Of a stretch of 64,000 nt of DNA, positions 10,109 through 23,107 are shown in pieces. This stretch comes from Alphaproteobacteria bacterium (GTDB lineage Bacteria > Pseudomonadota > Alphaproteobacteria > UBA828). The stretch's first letter is position 1, and every line of letters starts with the position of its first letter. The notes beneath the pieces are model-generated. The model had not been told where the DNA came from and did no database searches. It saw only the letters and a list, made by a program, of their open reading frames with translations. The DNA lies in NCBI GenBank assembly GCA_963667785.2, contig CAXXMU010000001.1, positions 320,001-384,000 on the forward strand, written 5' to 3'. The position numbers and the translations under genes were made by a program.

Positions 10109-11160
10109 GCCCGAGAGCGGCCGGGGAGGCGGTCCACCAGGCGGATGTAGAGGTTGCGCAGCTGGGCGGTAACCCCTTCCGGCACCGCGAGCACGAACAG
10201 CACCAGGATGACGCCGAGGATCAGGTTGACGTCGACGCTCTGCTGCGTGCCGAGCTCGATGGTCACGAAGCCGAGGATCATCGCGCCCACCAGCGGCCCC
10301 ACCAGGGTGCCGAGCCCGCCGACGACGACCCAGATGATGATCTGCGCGCTGAAGCCGAGGTCGAAGACGGTGGGGCTGACGTAGGAGTTCCAGTTGGCGT
10401 AGAGGACGCCCGCGAGCCCCGCCACCGCGCCGCCGATGCCGAAGGTCGCCATCTTGTAGAGCCGCGTGTCGTAGCCGAGCAGCTCGGCCCGGAGCTCGTT
10501 CTCGCGCACCGCCGCCACCGCGCGCCCGAAGCTGGAGTACATGGTGAGACGCAGCCCCACATAGACCAGCAGCAGGCAGATCCCGGTGATGAGGAACATG
10601 TCCTCGGGCCAGATCATGCGCATGGGATCGCCCGGCGTGTTGATGGGGGGAAGCGCCGGCATGCCGTTGAAGCCGCCGAGATGGGCGGTGCCGATGGTGT
10701 ACTCGTAGCCGGCCGTGTGGCCGAGGAACTTGTAGAAGATCAGCGACACCACGAGGGTGATGACCGCCACGTAGACGGTGCTGATGCGGCCGTAGAACAT
10801 GAAGTAGCCGAGGAAGAGGGCGAAGGCCGCGGGCACGGCCACGCCGGCGAAGAGCGCGGTCGTGCTGCCCCCCATGTTGATGGAGACGACGGCGTAGGTG
10901 TAGCCGCCGAGGCCGTAGAATGCGGCCTGGCCGAAGCTGAAGATGCCGCCGTAGCCCCAGACCCAGCCGAGGCTCATGGCGAGGATGCCGTAGGCCATGA
11001 AGAGCGTGAGCTGCAGCAGGATGAAGATGTCGGAGACCACCAGCGGCAGGATGCCGATGACGAGCGCGATCGCCACAACCAGCGCGATCGGCCCGGTGAG
11101 CGCCGGCGACAGCCGCCCGACCGTGATGCCGTCGGAATTGAAAGTGACGTTCAGAGCCAT
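10105..11160 (-). CDS. Urea/branched-chain-type ABC transporter permease (UrtC/LivM-like)
   Basis: WGYGGIFSFGQAAFYGLGGY, GGFNG, AVRENELRAELLGY, WVVVGGLGTLVGP. Confidence 0.92.
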   Translation of the reverse strand: MALNVTFNSDGITVGRLSPALTGPIALVVAIALVIGILPLVVSDIFILLQLTLFMAYGILAMSLGWVWGYGGIFSFGQAAFYGLGGYTYAVVSINMGGSTTALFAGVAVPAAFALFLGYFMFYGRISTVYVAVITLVVSLIFYKFLGHTAGYEYTIGTAHLGGFNGMPALPPINTPGDPMRMIWPEDMFLITGICLLLVYVGLRLTMYSSFGRAVAAVRENELRAELLGYDTRLYKMATFGIGGAVAGLAGVLYANWNSYVSPTVFDLGFSAQIIIWVVVGGLGTLVGPLVGAMILGFVTIELGTQQSVDVNLILGVILVLFVLAVPEGVTAQLRNLYIRLVDRLPGRSRA

Positions 11161-12017
11161 CGGCGGAAGAACCGGCCGGTGATGCCCTGCGGCAGCAGGC
11201 GGAGCAGGATGACGGCGGCGATCAGCAGCGCGACGTCGCCCATGACCGGCGTCGTCAGGAAGGTGGTGACCTGGTTCACGGTGCCGAAGAGCGCGGCTGC
11301 AGACGAGGTGCCGGTGACGATCGCCTCGCCGCCGCCGATCACCGTGATGAACGCCTTGGCGATGAAGGTGACGCCCATGGTCGGCAGGAGCCCGCTCACC
11401 GGCGCGAGCGCTGCGCCCGCGAGCCCGGTCAGCGCCGCGCCGACGCCGAAGGTGATGGTGTAGACCCGCTGCGGGCTGATGCCGAGCGCGGACGCCATGT
11501 CGGCGTTCTGCATCGTGCCGCGGGCGATCAGGCCGGCGCGCGTGTAGCGCAGCACGGCGAAGATCACCGCGATCACGAGGACGCCGAGGAAGATGATGTA
11601 GAGCCTGTACTGGCTCTCGACGAACTCGCCGATCTCGAAGCTGCCGAGGGGGGAGACCACGCTCTCGGTCGCATTGCCGAAGATCGTCGTGATGATGCCG
11701 ATGAAGAGCAGCGAGAGCCCCCAGGTCGCGATCAGGGTGTCCATCATGCGGCCGTAGAGGAAGCGGACGATGAAGCGCTCGACGATGACGCCGACGAGGC
11801 CGACGAAGAGCGGCGCGATGACCAGCATCGACACCCAGAAGTTGATGCCCGCCTTGGTCGAGACGACGACCGCGTAAGCGCCGAGCATCAGGAACTCGCC
11901 GTGGGCCAGGTTGATGACCCGCATCATGCCGAAGATGACCGCCAGCCCCGCGCTGATGAGCGCGAGGCTGGCGACCGTGTAGCCGATCTGGACGGCGATG
12001 ATGCCGGCGAGGTCCAT
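11151..12017 (-). CDS. Urea/branched-chain-type ABC transporter permease (UrtB/LivH-like)
   Basis: GLAVIFGMMRVINLAHGEFLMLGAY, TLIATWG, MASALGI, LPQGI. Confidence 0.92.
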   Translation of the reverse strand: MDLAGIIAVQIGYTVASLALISAGLAVIFGMMRVINLAHGEFLMLGAYAVVVSTKAGINFWVSMLVIAPLFVGLVGVIVERFIVRFLYGRMMDTLIATWGLSLLFIGIITTIFGNATESVVSPLGSFEIGEFVESQYRLYIIFLGVLVIAVIFAVLRYTRAGLIARGTMQNADMASALGISPQRVYTITFGVGAALTGLAGAALAPVSGLLPTMGVTFIAKAFITVIGGGEAIVTGTSSAAALFGTVNQVTTFLTTPVMGDVALLIAAVILLRLLPQGITGRFFRRWL

Positions 12018-12043
12018 GATCGGTAACTAAGGCTCGGTCGGGG

Positions 12044-13285
12044 TCAGTCGACCTCGATCCTGTACTGGGTCGCCTGATCCGGGTTGCTGATCAGGTCGCA
12101 GACCGTGGCGGTATCGTCGGGCGTCCTGTTCTCGGCCACCTCGACGATGTTGAAGTTGCCGCCGTTCAGCTCGGCAATCGCCGCGCTCATGATGGTGTGG
12201 TGGGTGGGCGGATCCATCGTCACCGTGCCGCCCGGCCCCTCGACCGAGATCCCGGTCTCCAGCGCCTCGATCACCGCCATGCGGTCGATGGTGCCGGCCT
12301 GCTCGACCGCCTTCTTCCACATGTTGACCGAGTTGTAGGTGCAGATCGCGAGCGTGCCGATCTCCGCCGCATCGGCGCCGTAGCGGGCGCGCCACTTCTC
12401 CAGGAACGCGTGGTTCGCCGGCGAGTCGATGCTCTGGAAGTAGTGGTAGGAGCACATGATGCCCTCGGATTCCTCGGCCGAGACGAAGGCGTTCTCCCAC
12501 GGCCCGAACACGGTGGAGGCCACCGGGATCTTGTCCTGCATGCCGGCCGCCGGCCACTGCCGGTAGAAGCCGATGTGGTTGCCGCCCACCAGCGCCGAGA
12601 CCACCAGGTCCGGGTCGGCCTGCTGGATCTTGGTGATGGTCGAGGCGAAGTCGCCGACATCGAGGGGGAAGAACTCCTCGGCGATCACCTCGCCGCCGAA
12701 GTCCTTCGCGTACTTCTTGATCCAGTCGGCGGTGATCTGGCCGTAGATGTAGTCGGCGGCGATGGTGTAGACGGTCTTCGCGCCGAACTTGTCCATCGCG
12801 TACTTCAGCAGCGGGCCGTTGATCTGGGCCGGCGTCTCCGCGTTGCAGAAGACCGTGCGGTCGCACACGCCGCCCTCGTAGAAGGTGCTGTAGAAGTAGA
12901 GCTTGCGGAAGCGGTCGAAGACCGGGCGAATGGACTCGCGGGACGCGCTGGTGATGCCGCCGAAGATCACGTCGGCCTTGTCGGCCGTCGCCAGCCGCTG
13001 CGCGTACTGCGAGTAGTTGGCCATCGTCGACTGGGCGTCGTACTCGATCAGCTCGAGCTGCTGCCCGAGCACGCCGCCGCCGGCGTTGATCTCGTCGACC
13101 GCGAACACGAGGGCGTCGGCCATCTCGTTGCCGTAGATGCCGATCACGCCGGTGCGGTCGTGCAGCCCGCCGACCCTGATGGTGTCGGCGCGGGCCGGCT
13201 TCACGATCACGGTCGGCACCGCGGCCACCGCCGCGCCGCCGATCCCGGCCGCCTTGAGGAACGTTCGGCGATTGACCTTGCTCAT
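12044..13285 (-). CDS. Urea/amide ABC substrate-binding protein (UrtA/AmiC-like), Tat-exported
   Basis: Twin-arginine signal NRRTFLK; INAGGGVLG, GGITSASRE, FYEGG, DYIYG; ATG 13285 with RBS GGGAGG. Confidence 0.9.
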   Translation of the reverse strand: MSKVNRRTFLKAAGIGGAAVAAVPTVIVKPARADTIRVGGLHDRTGVIGIYGNEMADALVFAVDEINAGGGVLGQQLELIEYDAQSTMANYSQYAQRLATADKADVIFGGITSASRESIRPVFDRFRKLYFYSTFYEGGVCDRTVFCNAETPAQINGPLLKYAMDKFGAKTVYTIAADYIYGQITADWIKKYAKDFGGEVIAEEFFPLDVGDFASTITKIQQADPDLVVSALVGGNHIGFYRQWPAAGMQDKIPVASTVFGPWENAFVSAEESEGIMCSYHYFQSIDSPANHAFLEKWRARYGADAAEIGTLAICTYNSVNMWKKAVEQAGTIDRMAVIEALETGISVEGPGGTVTMDPPTHHTIMSAAIAELNGGNFNIVEVAENRTPDDTATVCDLISNPDQATQYRIEVD

Positions 13286-13450
13286 CGTTATCCTCCCTGT
13301 CTCGGTGCATCCTGCCGCCCGTGCCGGACGCGGCGCGGCCGGGCGCCGGCGTCCTCGCGCGGCGCAGTGGGAGCGATGGTAGCCACCTTGCCGCCGCGCC
13401 ACAATCGGCAGCCGCGCGGGCGACGCTCCCCCGCGGCGAGAGGCGGAATC

Positions 13451-13489
13451 GAACAAACGCTTGCCCGAACGCGCTCGGTCAGAAATTAT
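13451..13489 (+). promoter_or_regulatory. Putative sigma70 promoter of tetR overlapped by palindromic operator-like sites
   Basis: TTGCCC-N17-AATTAT about 8 nt before the GTG start (leaderless-like); imperfect palindromes CAAACGCTTG and CCGA-N6-TCGG overlap the -35 and spacer. Confidence 0.4.
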
Positions 13490-13497
13490 CGTGAGCC

Positions 13498-14082
13498 GTG
13501 GCCACGTCCGACGCGAAACGCAGGGACAACCGGCGGGGGCGCATCCTCGATGCCGCCGCCGTGCAGTTCGCGCGCTCCGGCTACAGCGCCACCTCGGTCC
13601 GCGACATCGCCGCGGCCGCCGGAATCCTCCCCGGCTCGATGTACTACCACTTCGCGTCGAAGGAGGACCTGCTGGCGGCGGTCCACGAGACCGGAATCCG
13701 GCGGATCAAGGAGCGGGTGCTCGCGGCCGTCGAGACCGCGGACGACCCCTGGGGCAGGCTCGAGGCCGCCTGCGCCGCTCACGTCGAGACCCTGCACCAG
13801 AGCAAGGAGTACGGCTCGGTCATCGCCACCGAGTTCCCGCGCCGCCATTCGCCGAAGCTGCGCCAGCGCATGATCGAGGAGCGGGACGACTACGAGAACG
13901 TCTTCCGCCGGCTGATCGACGAGCTGCCGCTGCCGTCCGGCGTCAGCCGCAAGTATTTCCGCCTCGCGCTGATCGGCGCCATGGCCTGGTCGATCGCCTG
14001 GTACAGGCCGGGCGAGGATTCGGCGGAGGAGATCGCGCGCCAGATCGTCAACCTGTTCCGCCCGGTGGCCGCGCCGGGATGA
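13498..14082 (+). CDS. TetR/AcrR family regulator (KstR2-like C-terminal domain)
   Basis: ILDAAAVQFARSGYSATSVRDIA..GSMYYHFASKEDLL; WYRPG motif. Confidence 0.93.
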   Translation: MATSDAKRRDNRRGRILDAAAVQFARSGYSATSVRDIAAAAGILPGSMYYHFASKEDLLAAVHETGIRRIKERVLAAVETADDPWGRLEAACAAHVETLHQSKEYGSVIATEFPRRHSPKLRQRMIEERDDYENVFRRLIDELPLPSGVSRKYFRLALIGAMAWSIAWYRPGEDSAEEIARQIVNLFRPVAAPG

Positions 14083-14855
14083 GGCTCGAAGGCAAGGTCG
14101 CGGTAGTGACCGGGGCGGCCCGCGGCATCGGCGCCGCCTGCGCCCGGCGCTTCGCCGCCGAGGGGGCGGACGTGGTGCTCGCCGACATCCTGGAGGAGGA
14201 CGGCGAGGCGACGGCCGAGGCGATCCGCGCCGACGGCGGTGCCGCCGCCTTCCTCGCCTGCGATACCGGCGACGGCGAACAGGCGCGCGCGCTGGTCGAG
14301 CGCACGCTCTCGCGCCACGGGCGCATCGACGTGCTGGTGAACAACGCCGCCATCTTCACCGTCCAGGACTTCCTCGACGTGAGCGAGGAGGACTTCGACA
14401 GCGTGCTCAGGGTCAACCTGAAGGGCTACTTCCTGGTGGGGCAGGCCGCAGCGCGGGCGATGGCGGCGGCGGGCTCCGGCAGCATCATCAACATGTCCTC
14501 GGTCAACGGGGTGATGGCGATCGACACCATCGCGCCCTATGTCGTCAGCAAGGGCGGGGTCAACCAGCTCACCTCGGTGATGGCGCTGGCGCTGGCGCCC
14601 AAGGGCGTGCGCGTGAACGCGATCGGCCCGGGCACGATCCTGACCGAGTTGTCTGGTACGCTGCTGACCGACGAGGCGGCGCGGCGCCGCGTGCTCTCCC
14701 GCACGCCGATGGGCCGCATCGGCCGGCCGGAGGAGATCGCGGGCATCGCCGTCTTCCTGGCGAGCGAGGATTCGTCCTATGTCACGGGCCAGGTGATCTA
14801 CGCCGACGGCGGGCGCATGCGGCTCAACTACACCGTGCCGGTGGCGGAGGGGTAG
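14079..14855 (+). CDS. SDR family oxidoreductase
   Basis: TGAARGIG, NNA, YVVSK, VNAIGPG; ATGA overlap with the tetR stop. Confidence 0.93.
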   Translation: MRLEGKVAVVTGAARGIGAACARRFAAEGADVVLADILEEDGEATAEAIRADGGAAAFLACDTGDGEQARALVERTLSRHGRIDVLVNNAAIFTVQDFLDVSEEDFDSVLRVNLKGYFLVGQAAARAMAAAGSGSIINMSSVNGVMAIDTIAPYVVSKGGVNQLTSVMALALAPKGVRVNAIGPGTILTELSGTLLTDEAARRRVLSRTPMGRIGRPEEIAGIAVFLASEDSSYVTGQVIYADGGRMRLNYTVPVAEG

Positions 14856-14899
14856 GGGACGGGCAGCCGTCCCTCCGGCGCAGGACAGGGAACGCAGCC

Positions 14900-15637
14900 A
14901 TGGCGGACGAGCGGAGGACGCTGATCCTCACCGGCGCGAGCCAGGGGATCGGACACGCGACGGTCAAGCGCTTCAGCGCGGCCGGCTGGCGGGTGATCAC
15001 CGCCTCGCGCCGGGCCTTCTCGGAGGATTGCCCCTGGGAGGCCGGGCCCGAGGACCATATCCGAATCGACCTCGCCGATCCCGAGGACGTGAAGCGCGGC
15101 ATCGAGGAGATGCGCGCCCGCCTCGACGGCGCGCCGCTGAGCGCGCTGGTCAACAATGCGGGGATCTCGCCCAAGAGCGGAGACGGCGCGCGCCTCGACA
15201 GCCTGAGCACCGATCTCGACCTCTGGCGGGAGGTCTTCCAGGTCAACTTCTACGCGCCGCTCGCGCTGGCGCGCGGCCTCTTCGAGGAGCTGAAGCAGGG
15301 CCAGGGCAGCGTCGTCAACGTGACCTCGATCGCGGGCGGCAGGGTGCACCGTTTCGCCGGCAGCGCCTACGCCACCTCCAAGGCGGCGCTGGCGGCGCTC
15401 ACGCGCGAGATGGCGGCGGACTTCGGCCCTCTCGGCATCCGCGTCAACGCCATCGCGCCGGGCGAGATCGACACGCCCATCCTCTCGCCGGGCAGCGACG
15501 ATCTGCTACCCGCCATTCCCATGGCCAGGCTGGGCAAGCCCTCCGAGGTGGCGTCGGCGATCTACTTCCTTTGCTCGGACACCGCCGCCTACATCACCGG
15601 CGGCGAGCTGCACGTGAACGGCGGCGAGCACGTCTGA
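14900..15637 (+). CDS. SDR family oxidoreductase (FixR-like)
   Basis: TGASQGIG, CPW..G..DH insert, NNAGISPK, YATSK, IAPGEIDT. Confidence 0.88.
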   Translation: MADERRTLILTGASQGIGHATVKRFSAAGWRVITASRRAFSEDCPWEAGPEDHIRIDLADPEDVKRGIEEMRARLDGAPLSALVNNAGISPKSGDGARLDSLSTDLDLWREVFQVNFYAPLALARGLFEELKQGQGSVVNVTSIAGGRVHRFAGSAYATSKAALAALTREMAADFGPLGIRVNAIAPGEIDTPILSPGSDDLLPAIPMARLGKPSEVASAIYFLCSDTAAYITGGELHVNGGEHV

Positions 15638-15660
15638 ACCGGACGTGGCGCCCGAGAGTG

Positions 15661-15737
15661 TGGCGCGCCCGGCAGGATTCGAACCTGCGACCCCAAGCTT
15701 AGAAGGCTCGTGCTCTATCCCACTGAGCTACGGGCGC
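15661..15737 (-). tRNA. tRNA-Arg (anticodon TCT)
   Basis: Reverse complement GCGCCCG-TA-GCTC..GAGC-A-CGAGC-CT-TCT-AA-GCTTG..GCAGG-TTCGAAT-CCTGC-CGGGCGC-G-CCA folds as a 77-nt cloverleaf with encoded CCA. Confidence 0.97.
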
Positions 15738-15820
15738 CCGTCGCCCGCCGTTCCTAGCACGATCGGCGCCAAATGTGACCGACCATCGGCGCGCCTGCCG
15801 CCGCGCTGCCGTCGGCCCGC

Positions 15821-17002
<1,182 letters not shown>

Positions 17003-17074
17003 GCGCGCCTCCCTTTCCGGCCCCGTCGTGAGCGGCGCGCATCATGCCACCAAAGCACGGTGTGCGGAACCTGA

Positions 17075-17482
<408 letters not shown>

Positions 17483-17551
17483 GCGCGCGAGCGCGCCGGC
17501 ACAGGCGTCGGGCGCGGCATGCGCAGACCGAGAGGCCGATGGAGCGGACAG

Positions 17552-18961
17552 ATGAGTGACAGCGACAGCGTCCTGGAGATGATCGAGAAGAACGAGGTCC
17601 AGTTCGTGGACTTCCGGTTCACCGACCCTCGCGGCAAGTGGCAGCACATGACCCAGGCGGTGCGCACCGTCGACGAGGAGGTGCTCGACGACGGCATCAT
17701 GTTCGACGGCTCCTCCATCGCCGGCTGGAAGGAGATCCACCAGTCCGACATGGTGCTCAAGCCGGACCCGGCGAGCGCGGTGATGGACCCGTTCTCGGCG
17801 CTGCCGCAGATGATCCTGACCTGCGACGTGATCGAGCCGTCGACCGGACAGGCCTACGACCGCTGCCCGCGCTGCGTGGCCAAGAAGGCGGAGATCTATC
17901 TCGCCTATTCCGGGCTGGGCGACACGGCCTTCTTCGGGCCGGAGGCGGAGTTCTTCGTCTTCGACGACGTGCGCTACAAGGTCTCGATGAACGAGACCTA
18001 CTACATGCTCGACCAGGAGGAGGGGCCCTACAACACGGGCCGCGCCTACGAGGAGGGCAATGTCGGGCACCGCCCGCCGACGAAGGGCGGCTACGTGCCG
18101 GTGCCGCCGATCGATTCGATGAACGACATGCGGGCCGAGATGGTCACTCACCTGGCGGGCATGGGCGTCAAGGTGGAGAAGCACCACCACGAGGTCGCGC
18201 CCAGCCAGAACGAGCTCGGGGTCGAGTTCGGCACCCTGCTCCAGGCCGCCGACCAGCTCCAGATCCAGAAGTACGTGGTGCAGATGACCGCGCACAGCTA
18301 CGGCAAGAGCGCGACCTACATGCCGAAGCCGGTCTTCGGCGACAACGGCTCCGGCATGCACGTGCACCAGTCGATCTGGAAGGACGGCAAGCCGCTGTTC
18401 GCGGGCGCCGGCTACGCCGACCTCTCGGACATGGCGCTCTACTATATCGGCGGGGTGATCCGCCATGCGCGGGCCATCAACGCCTTCACCAACCCGACGA
18501 CCAACAGCTACAAGCGGCTGGTGCCGGGCTACGAGGCGCCGGTGCTGCTGGCCTATTCGGCGCGCAACCGCTCCGCCTCGTGCCGCATTCCCTACGCGGC
18601 GAGCCCCAAGGGCAAGCGGGTCGAGGTGCGCTTCCCCGATCCCTCGGCCAACCCCTATCTCAGCTTCGCCGCGATGCTGATGGCGGGGATCGACGGCATC
18701 GAGAACAAGATCCATCCGGGCGACGCGATGGACAAGAACCTCTACGACCTGCCGCCCGAGGAGCTGAAGGACGTGCCGACGGTGTGCGGCAACCTGGGTC
18801 AGGCGCTGGACGCGCTCGACGCGGACCGCGACTTCCTGAAGAAGGGCGACGTCTTCACGGACGACCTGATCGACGGCTATCTCGAGCTCAAGCGGGAGGA
18901 GCAGACGGCCTTCCTGATGTCTCCGCATCCCATCGAGTTCGAGATGTACTACTCCGTCTGA
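17552..18961 (+). CDS. glnA: Glutamine synthetase type I
   Basis: [38 protein letters not shown], adenylylation motif NLYDLP. Confidence 0.98.
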   Translation: MSDSDSVLEMIEKNEVQFVDFRFTDPRGKWQHMTQAVRTVDEEVLDDGIMFDGSSIAGWKEIHQSDMVLKPDPASAVMDPFSALPQMILTCDVIEPSTGQAYDRCPRCVAKKAEIYLAYSGLGDTAFFGPEAEFFVFDDVRYKVSMNETYYMLDQEEGPYNTGRAYEEGNVGHRPPTKGGYVPVPPIDSMNDMRAEMVTHLAGMGVKVEKHHHEVAPSQNELGVEFGTLLQAADQLQIQKYVVQMTAHSYGKSATYMPKPVFGDNGSGMHVHQSIWKDGKPLFAGAGYADLSDMALYYIGGVIRHARAINAFTNPTTNSYKRLVPGYEAPVLLAYSARNRSASCRIPYAASPKGKRVEVRFPDPSANPYLSFAAMLMAGIDGIENKIHPGDAMDKNLYDLPPEELKDVPTVCGNLGQALDALDADRDFLKKGDVFTDDLIDGYLELKREEQTAFLMSPHPIEFEMYYSV

Positions 18962-19033
18962 CCGGCCGGCGCGCGGGCTGGCGGGCGCAGGCCTGCCCGC
19001 GGCCCGCGGCCTGCGCCGGAGCGCTCGTCCGCC

Positions 19034-19225
19034 GTGCCGATCCAGATCGCCGTCGGCCTCGTATTCGGGGCGCTGCTGTTCTACCCCGCCTTGCGTATCT
19101 GCCGGCGTGCCGGGGTGCGCTGGCCGCTCGCGCTGGTGGTCTTCGTGCCCCTGGTCGGGCCTCTCGTCCTGCTGGCGCTGCTCGCCTTCATGATCTGGCC
19201 CAACGATCCCTACGGGAAGCGCTGA
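19034..19225 (+). CDS. Small membrane protein (63 aa)
   Basis: Hydrophobic helices and RICRRAG..W..VPLVG motif; paralogous to the next ORF; same strand as glnA and argG. Confidence 0.65.
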   Translation: MPIQIAVGLVFGALLFYPALRICRRAGVRWPLALVVFVPLVGPLVLLALLAFMIWPNDPYGKR

Positions 19226-19228
19226 GCC

Positions 19229-19595
19229 GTGATCGGCGTCCTGCAGTACCTCGCGGTCGTGGTCATCGCGATGTGGATGTTCTGGCGCATCTTCAACAAG
19301 GCCGGCCGCTCGCCCTGGTGGTCCCATCTCATGCTGATTCCCATCGTCGGCCTGTTCACGCCGATCCATATCGGGATGGGCCTTCTGCTCGGCGTGCCGC
19401 TGGCGATGATCTGGGTCTTCGCCTTCTCGCCCTGGCCCTCGATCGACAATCCGCCCCCGGTCTCCGACAGGCCGGGCTACGAGCCGCCCGCGCCCGAGCG
19501 CTTCAGGGGCCCGTTCAGATGGACCAGGCGGCCGGGCGCCCAGGGCGGCCGCAGGAGCCGGGGGGTCACCCGCGTGCGGGAAAGGAGACGCGACG

Positions 19596-19603
<8 letters not shown>
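19229..19603 (+). CDS. Small membrane protein ([16 protein letters not shown] motif)
   Basis: Hydrophobic N-terminal half, FAFSPWP; overlaps the argG start. Confidence 0.7.
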
Positions 19604-20807
<1,204 letters not shown>

Positions 20808-20878
20808 GCCCGCCGCCGCGCGCGACAACCGGGCCGGCCGTGCTATGCTCGGCCGGCGGTGCAACGGGGGATGGAGCC

Positions 20879-21502
20879 ATGAGCGGGGCCGACTGGCACA
20901 TCAGGGGCGACTATTACGAGACCTGTAGCTGCGACTACCTCTGCCCCTGCATCTACACCAACATGACCGCGATGCCCACGGATGGCGTCTGCAAGGTGGC
21001 GATCGTGCTGGACATCGCCGAGGGACACTACGGCGAGGTGCGCCTCGACGGCGTCGCCTTCGTCACGGCGGCCATGGTGGCGGGGCCGATGGGCGACGGG
21101 AACTGGACCGTGGGGCTGATCATCGACGAGCGTGCGAGCGACGCGCAGGTCGATGCCATCGGCCGCATCTGCTCCGGCGACGAGGGCGGTCCGATGGCGC
21201 TGATGGCGCCGCTGATCGGCACCTTCGCCGGCGTCGAGCGGGCGCCGATCGCGATCGAGCGGCGGGCCATGGGCTTCTCGATCACCGCCGGCGATCTGCT
21301 CAGCCACGGGGCCGAGGGCGTGCCCAGCCTGCCCGATCCGTCCGAGACCATCATGATCGACAACACCGGCCACCCCGCCAACAAGCGCCTGCATCTCGCG
21401 CGCGGGACCCACAGCCACCTCAACGCCTTCGGCATCGACTGGAACGATGCGGCGGGCGGTCACAACGGCCACTACGCCCCGTTCGACTGGCGCCCGAACT
21501 GA
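20879..21502 (+). CDS. DUF1326 family protein (Cys-rich N-terminus)
   Basis: W.I.GDYYETCSCDYLCPC..PT.G.C; NGHYAPFDW C-terminus; RBS GGAG. Confidence 0.85.
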   Translation: MSGADWHIRGDYYETCSCDYLCPCIYTNMTAMPTDGVCKVAIVLDIAEGHYGEVRLDGVAFVTAAMVAGPMGDGNWTVGLIIDERASDAQVDAIGRICSGDEGGPMALMAPLIGTFAGVERAPIAIERRAMGFSITAGDLLSHGAEGVPSLPDPSETIMIDNTGHPANKRLHLARGTHSHLNAFGIDWNDAAGGHNGHYAPFDWRPN

Positions 21503-21551
21503 TCGCACGCCCGCAGGCGCGCTCCCCTCACACCATGGCCGGCCCACGGCT

Positions 21552-22532
21552 CTAGACGATCCAGGCGGCCACATAGCCGGCCGCGCAGGCGCCGACCACC
21601 GCGATTGCCACATAGAGCACGAAAACCCGGATGCGGACGATCGAGGCGACCGCCACCGCGACGTAGAGGCTCACCGCGGCGCCGGAGATCATCAGCGCAA
21701 GGGCGGCGCCGAAGCTCATCCCCTTCTCCATCAGCCCGCGCACCAGGGGCAGGGCCGCGTAGCCGTCCAGGTACATCGGCGCGCCGACGATCGCGGCCAG
21801 CGGAATGGAGGCGCCCGCGTCGTCGCTGAAGAGCGAGGCCACCCACGTGTCGGGCACGAAGCGTTGCAGGAACACCTCGAGGACGAGCGCCAGGACCAGC
21901 CAGCGCAGAACCAGCCGGACGCTGCCCCAGACCTCCGGCCAGAAGCGGGCGCGTCGGACGTCGCAGCCGTACTGCTCCAGCAGGCCGGGGCGCATCAGGT
22001 GGTGAGCGGCGCCCCGATGGCCGGGCAGGGCCCAGGTGAGCGCGCCGGCGAACAAGCCGATCCCGAACGCGGCGACCGTCTTCGCGACGGCGAACGGGAC
22101 CCCGATGATGCCGGCGGTGATGACCAGCATGCTCGGGTCGGTGATTGGAGATGCGACCCAGAACGCCATGATGGGCGGGAGCGGCAGGCCGCGGCGCAGG
22201 AGGGTCGCAATGAGGGGAAGCACGCCGAGACCGCAGACCGGGGTGACTGTCCCGACGAAGCTCGCGATCACCACCGCGCGGGCCGGGCTGCCCGAGAGCC
22301 AGGCGAGCGCTCGGTCGGACCAGTTGCCGAGGGTCAGGGCACCGGCGAGAACGGCGGCGATCGCGACCACCGGCAACAGCGCGAGCAGATCCCAGCCCAG
22401 CGCGATCAGCATCCCGGTATCGGCTTCGGGCAGCAGCGAGCCCACGACGAGCAGGGACGCGGTTACGAGCCACGTCAGCGCCTCCGCGCTCGGGCGCTGG
22501 AATCGAAACGAGCGGACCGCGGTGAGTTTCAT
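21552..22532 (-). CDS. ArsP/DUF318 family permease
   Basis: TPVCGLGVLPL, MAFWVASP, PMYLDGYAALPLV.GL..KGM..GAALA; coupled to the arsR-like gene. Confidence 0.85.
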   Translation of the reverse strand: MKLTAVRSFRFQRPSAEALTWLVTASLLVVGSLLPEADTGMLIALGWDLLALLPVVAIAAVLAGALTLGNWSDRALAWLSGSPARAVVIASFVGTVTPVCGLGVLPLIATLLRRGLPLPPIMAFWVASPITDPSMLVITAGIIGVPFAVAKTVAAFGIGLFAGALTWALPGHRGAAHHLMRPGLLEQYGCDVRRARFWPEVWGSVRLVLRWLVLALVLEVFLQRFVPDTWVASLFSDDAGASIPLAAIVGAPMYLDGYAALPLVRGLMEKGMSFGAALALMISGAAVSLYVAVAVASIVRIRVFVLYVAIAVVGACAAGYVAAWIV

Positions 22533-22912
22533 GGCGCCGGGTCCCCGAGAGCCGCCCGCGCGGCACGGGCCCTGGACGACGGCCGGGCATCGGCGCAGCA
22601 CTCCTCGAGCAGGAAGGCCGCGAGGGCCTCGAGGCGCGGGTAGGCGGCGCGGCTGATCACGGTGCGGCCGCGCCGCTCCTGCTCGACCAGTCCGCCCGCG
22701 GTGAGGAACCCGAGGTGGTGGGCAAGGGTGGAGGCCGGCAACCCGGAGCGGTCCTGGATCTCGCCGACCGAGAGCCCTTCGTCGCCGGCGCGCACGAGCA
22801 GGCGCAGCACCGTGAGCCTCGGTTCGGAGCCGCACGCGGCGAACGCCTGCGCTGCTTCTTCGAGTGCCGGGGCGGGCGCCGGAGGCGACGGATGGCGATA
22901 TTTGAAATCCAT
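22529..22912 (-). CDS. ArsR/SmtB family regulator with C-terminal vicinal Cys pair
   Basis: RL.VLRLLVRAG.EGLSVGEI..SGLPASTLAHHL..L..GGLV.QER.GR..LLEECC. Confidence 0.9.
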   Translation of the reverse strand: MDFKYRHPSPPAPAPALEEAAQAFAACGSEPRLTVLRLLVRAGDEGLSVGEIQDRSGLPASTLAHHLGFLTAGGLVEQERRGRTVISRAAYPRLEALAAFLLEECCADARPSSRARAARAALGDPAP

Positions 22913-22948
22913 AGAACTAGATATATAGTTATATAGCTCTGCCGTCAA
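22912..22948 (-). promoter_or_regulatory. arsR promoter and palindromic operator
   Basis: Minus strand TTGACG-N17-TATATC, 7 nt before ATG (leaderless); AT-rich inverted repeat AACTA-GATATA-TAGTT covers the -10. Confidence 0.65.
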
Positions 22949-23107
22949 CTGCCGGTGCACGGCGAACCGTGCGCGCTACGATTCACGCCGATGAGGAGCA
23001 CATTGAATGTGGATTCCGTCGGGTGGTCGTCGATCGAGCGCTCGACCCCTCTGCGCTGTCGCGCGCCTCCGTTACTCGTGCCACCTGCTTTCGTGCTCGC
23101 GCCTCTT

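Noticed and set aside
15645-15660. TGGCGCCCG just beyond the tRNA 3' end, resembling an att-site duplication
   Set aside because: Too short and GC-rich; no integrase or compositional shift nearby
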